From Deinococcales bacterium (GTDB taxonomy: Bacteria; Deinococcota; Deinococci; Deinococcales; JAAFIG01), in assembly GCA_031414595.1 (NCBI GenBank), contig JANNVX010000100.1:1-62391 (forward strand): a DNA stretch of 62,391 bases, read 5' to 3'. A program made the translations under genes and the position numbers. The notes below the pieces were generated by a model. That model was not told the DNA's origin and searched no databases. It saw only the letters and a program-made list of their open reading frames with translations. Every line of letters begins with the position of its first letter. Position 1 is the first letter of the stretch. Of the stretch, positions 60,490 through 62,391 are shown one piece after another.

Positions 60490-61755
60490 TTATTTTAAGC
60501 CACTTCGGGCAACTCCAGCAATAAATTGCTTTTGTGCCACCAAAAACCCAACAATAATTGGGGTAATCACCAGAATACTGGCTGCCATCAGTTGCCCATA
60601 ATTGCTGCCCGCCTCACCAATAAAGCTTTGCAAGCCAACTTGGAGGGTACGCATTTCGGTTTTGCTGGTGACGATGATGGGCCAAAGCAGCGCATTCCAA
60701 GACCCTAGAAAACTAAAAATCCCAAAGGTCACAATCCCCGGTACTGCCAATGGCAACGCCACTTTGGTCAGTTGTGTACCGTATCCCGCCCCATCAATTC
60801 GGGCGGCTTCAAACAATTCGTTCGGCAAACTTAGGAAAAATTGGCGCAACAAAAAAATCCCAAAGACACTGGCAATCCATGGCACAACAATGCCCGCGTA
60901 AGAATCGAGCCACCCGAGCTTAAAGACGGTCACGAAATTTGGTACAAGCAGCATCTCGCCGGGAATCACCAAGCTCGAGAGAATCGCCGCAAAAACGACA
61001 TTACTGCCCCAAAATGGAATTTTAGCAAAAGCAAAAGCTGCCAGCGTGACCACCACCATACCCAGCAGAACTTGGGCAACTGAATTGATAACGCTATTTA
61101 AGAAATACTGACCGAACGGTGCGACCCGCAGTGCATCACGGTAATTTTCTAGGATATAACCAAGCAGTCCGGGTGCAACATTGCTCCAATCGTACACCGC
61201 CCCCGTGTCATTCCTCGAATTGCGGTCTGGCGGCAGGGTACTCGAGACCAAGGTCATGCCATCAGGCAAACTGATTTTAAGTGGGACTTTTAACTCGAGA
61301 GCATCTGAAGTGTTTTCGATTTGCACTGACCAAAGATTGGGCTTTAGACTGGAGACACTGACTTTTCGTGGGTCGGTGTTTTCGGCATTGCTCGAGCCAA
61401 ATAAAAACGAATTGGTGTTGCTGCGTGAATCCGATGGCACTTCGGCGACCAGTTGCCCATCTCCTGTTGTTTGCACCTCGAGCCGAATTTCTTTTTTAGC
61501 CGCAATCCCGCCCCAGGTGGCATCTCCGCCAAGTGAACCAAGGCTTTGAGCGGCGCTCCAATTAGCCACATGCAAACGCTGCGGAAACCAAACAGGTGTG
61601 GCTTGCAGACTTTCCTGCGGACTTTGAAAACTGGTGACAATCATCCATAAAAAAGGAAATGCCATCAGTAAACTCCCCGCAATCAGCACAAAGTACAAAC
61701 TGGCTCGAGAAAAAATAGCTTGTGGGGTTCGGCGCATTTGCCTAGGGGCAGTCAT
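60490..61755 (-). CDS. Carbohydrate ABC transporter permease (MalG-like) with extracytoplasmic insertion
   Basis: FPFLWMIVTS, LFEAARIDGAG EAA loop, WNALLWP, AQKQFIAG. Confidence 0.9.
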   Translation of the reverse strand: MTAPRQMRRTPQAIFSRASLYFVLIAGSLLMAFPFLWMIVTSFQSPQESLQATPVWFPQRLHVANWSAAQSLGSLGGDATWGGIAAKKEIRLEVQTTGDGQLVAEVPSDSRSNTNSFLFGSSNAENTDPRKVSVSSLKPNLWSVQIENTSDALELKVPLKISLPDGMTLVSSTLPPDRNSRNDTGAVYDWSNVAPGLLGYILENYRDALRVAPFGQYFLNSVINSVAQVLLGMVVVTLAAFAFAKIPFWGSNVVFAAILSSLVIPGEMLLVPNFVTVFKLGWLDSYAGIVVPWIASVFGIFLLRQFFLSLPNELFEAARIDGAGYGTQLTKVALPLAVPGIVTFGIFSFLGSWNALLWPIIVTSKTEMRTLQVGLQSFIGEAGSNYGQLMAASILVITPIIVGFLVAQKQFIAGVARSGLK

Positions 61756-61769
61756 GAATTCAGTTTACC

Positions 61770-62237
61770 TCAAGAATTCACTAATCGTTCCCAAATCAGG
61801 TAATCCAAACCGTACCAATGCTTTTTTAGGGTTGCCACGACCACATACCCAGCTTTCTCGAGCATCCGCGCACTGGCAGTATTCCCAACCCGAGAATCAC
61901 ACCAAGTTTTATGCACTCCTCGAGCCTTGGCACTGGCATGAAATGCCTCGATTAACGCCCCAGCAATGCCGCGTCCTCTTGCCGCAGGGGAGACCACACA
62001 CCAAGACAGCCACAATAAACCAGCTTCTTCTGAACTCGAGACGAGAACACCTAAAACCACGTCATTCTCGAGAAAAATCAGTACATTTTCTTTTGGTATG
62101 GTCAGTAACTTATCGGCAGTTAGACCTGCCATTTCTTCGGATTTTGCCCAGTCAGAATAAAACGGACTCTCGAGAATGGCAGCTTTTAAGAGTTCGGCAG
62201 TTGGAACGGCAAAATGCGGCGCGAGATTTTGAATCAC
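61770..62237 (-). CDS. GNAT-family N-acetyltransferase
   Basis: VSPAARGRGIAG, NTASARMLEKAGY; start uncertain. Confidence 0.85.
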   Translation of the reverse strand: MIQNLAPHFAVPTAELLKAAILESPFYSDWAKSEEMAGLTADKLLTIPKENVLIFLENDVVLGVLVSSSEEAGLLWLSWCVVSPAARGRGIAGALIEAFHASAKARGVHKTWCDSRVGNTASARMLEKAGYVVVATLKKHWYGLDYLIWERLVNS

Positions 62238-62313
62238 AAAGAAAATATAGGCTAAGGAACTGTCCAAGAATAACTTCCTGATTTCAAATAGACCAAAAAC
62301 AGACAATTGGTCA

Positions 62314-62391
62314 CAGGGCGGACACGGGGGTCCGCCCCTACCTGACGTATTTTTATGGATTTTGTAGGGACAGACCCCTGTGTCTGTCCTG
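62314..62391. repeat. Inverted pair of GTAG-type REP sequences (REPIN-like)
   Basis: GTAGGGGCGGACCCCCGTGTCCGCCCTG (minus, 62341-62314) and GTAGGGACAGACCCCTGTGTCTGTCCTG (plus, 62364-62391). Confidence 0.85.

Noticed and set aside
1-62391. CTCGAG excess as a cloning or assembly artefact
   Set aside because: Sites sit in-frame inside intact conserved genes without breaking motifs

Overview
About 62 kb of bacterial chromosome, roughly 48% GC by eye. The gene set (mqnE, buk, DUF3084-lptB, mreB-S55 peptidase-lpxD-lpxC, recG, rsmI, pfkA, sodA) suggests Deinococcota; this is an inference. The backbone is housekeeping and transport genes. Four accessory blocks interrupt it: (i) a NarL-type two-component system divergent from Ig/PKD lipoprotein genes; (ii) a P-loop ATPase + TPR gene pair; (iii) a CheW-MCP-CheA/Y-CheB chemosensory cluster with degenerate Hpt-like repeats and no CheR; (iv) a PIN toxin-antitoxin / nucleotidyltransferase / restriction-modification island inside a dppB-dppC operon. 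The strongest sequence-level signal is a roughly 20-fold excess of the palindrome CTCGAG in all reading frames, intergenic repeats and hairpins, alongside near-absence of GGCC. Also seen: a duplicated two-hairpin 5' leader and a shared promoter box in a secreted-protein cluster, and a GTAG-type REP pair with compensatory changes. No rRNA, tRNA, CRISPR array or transposase was recognised. All calls come from motif recognition without database searches.
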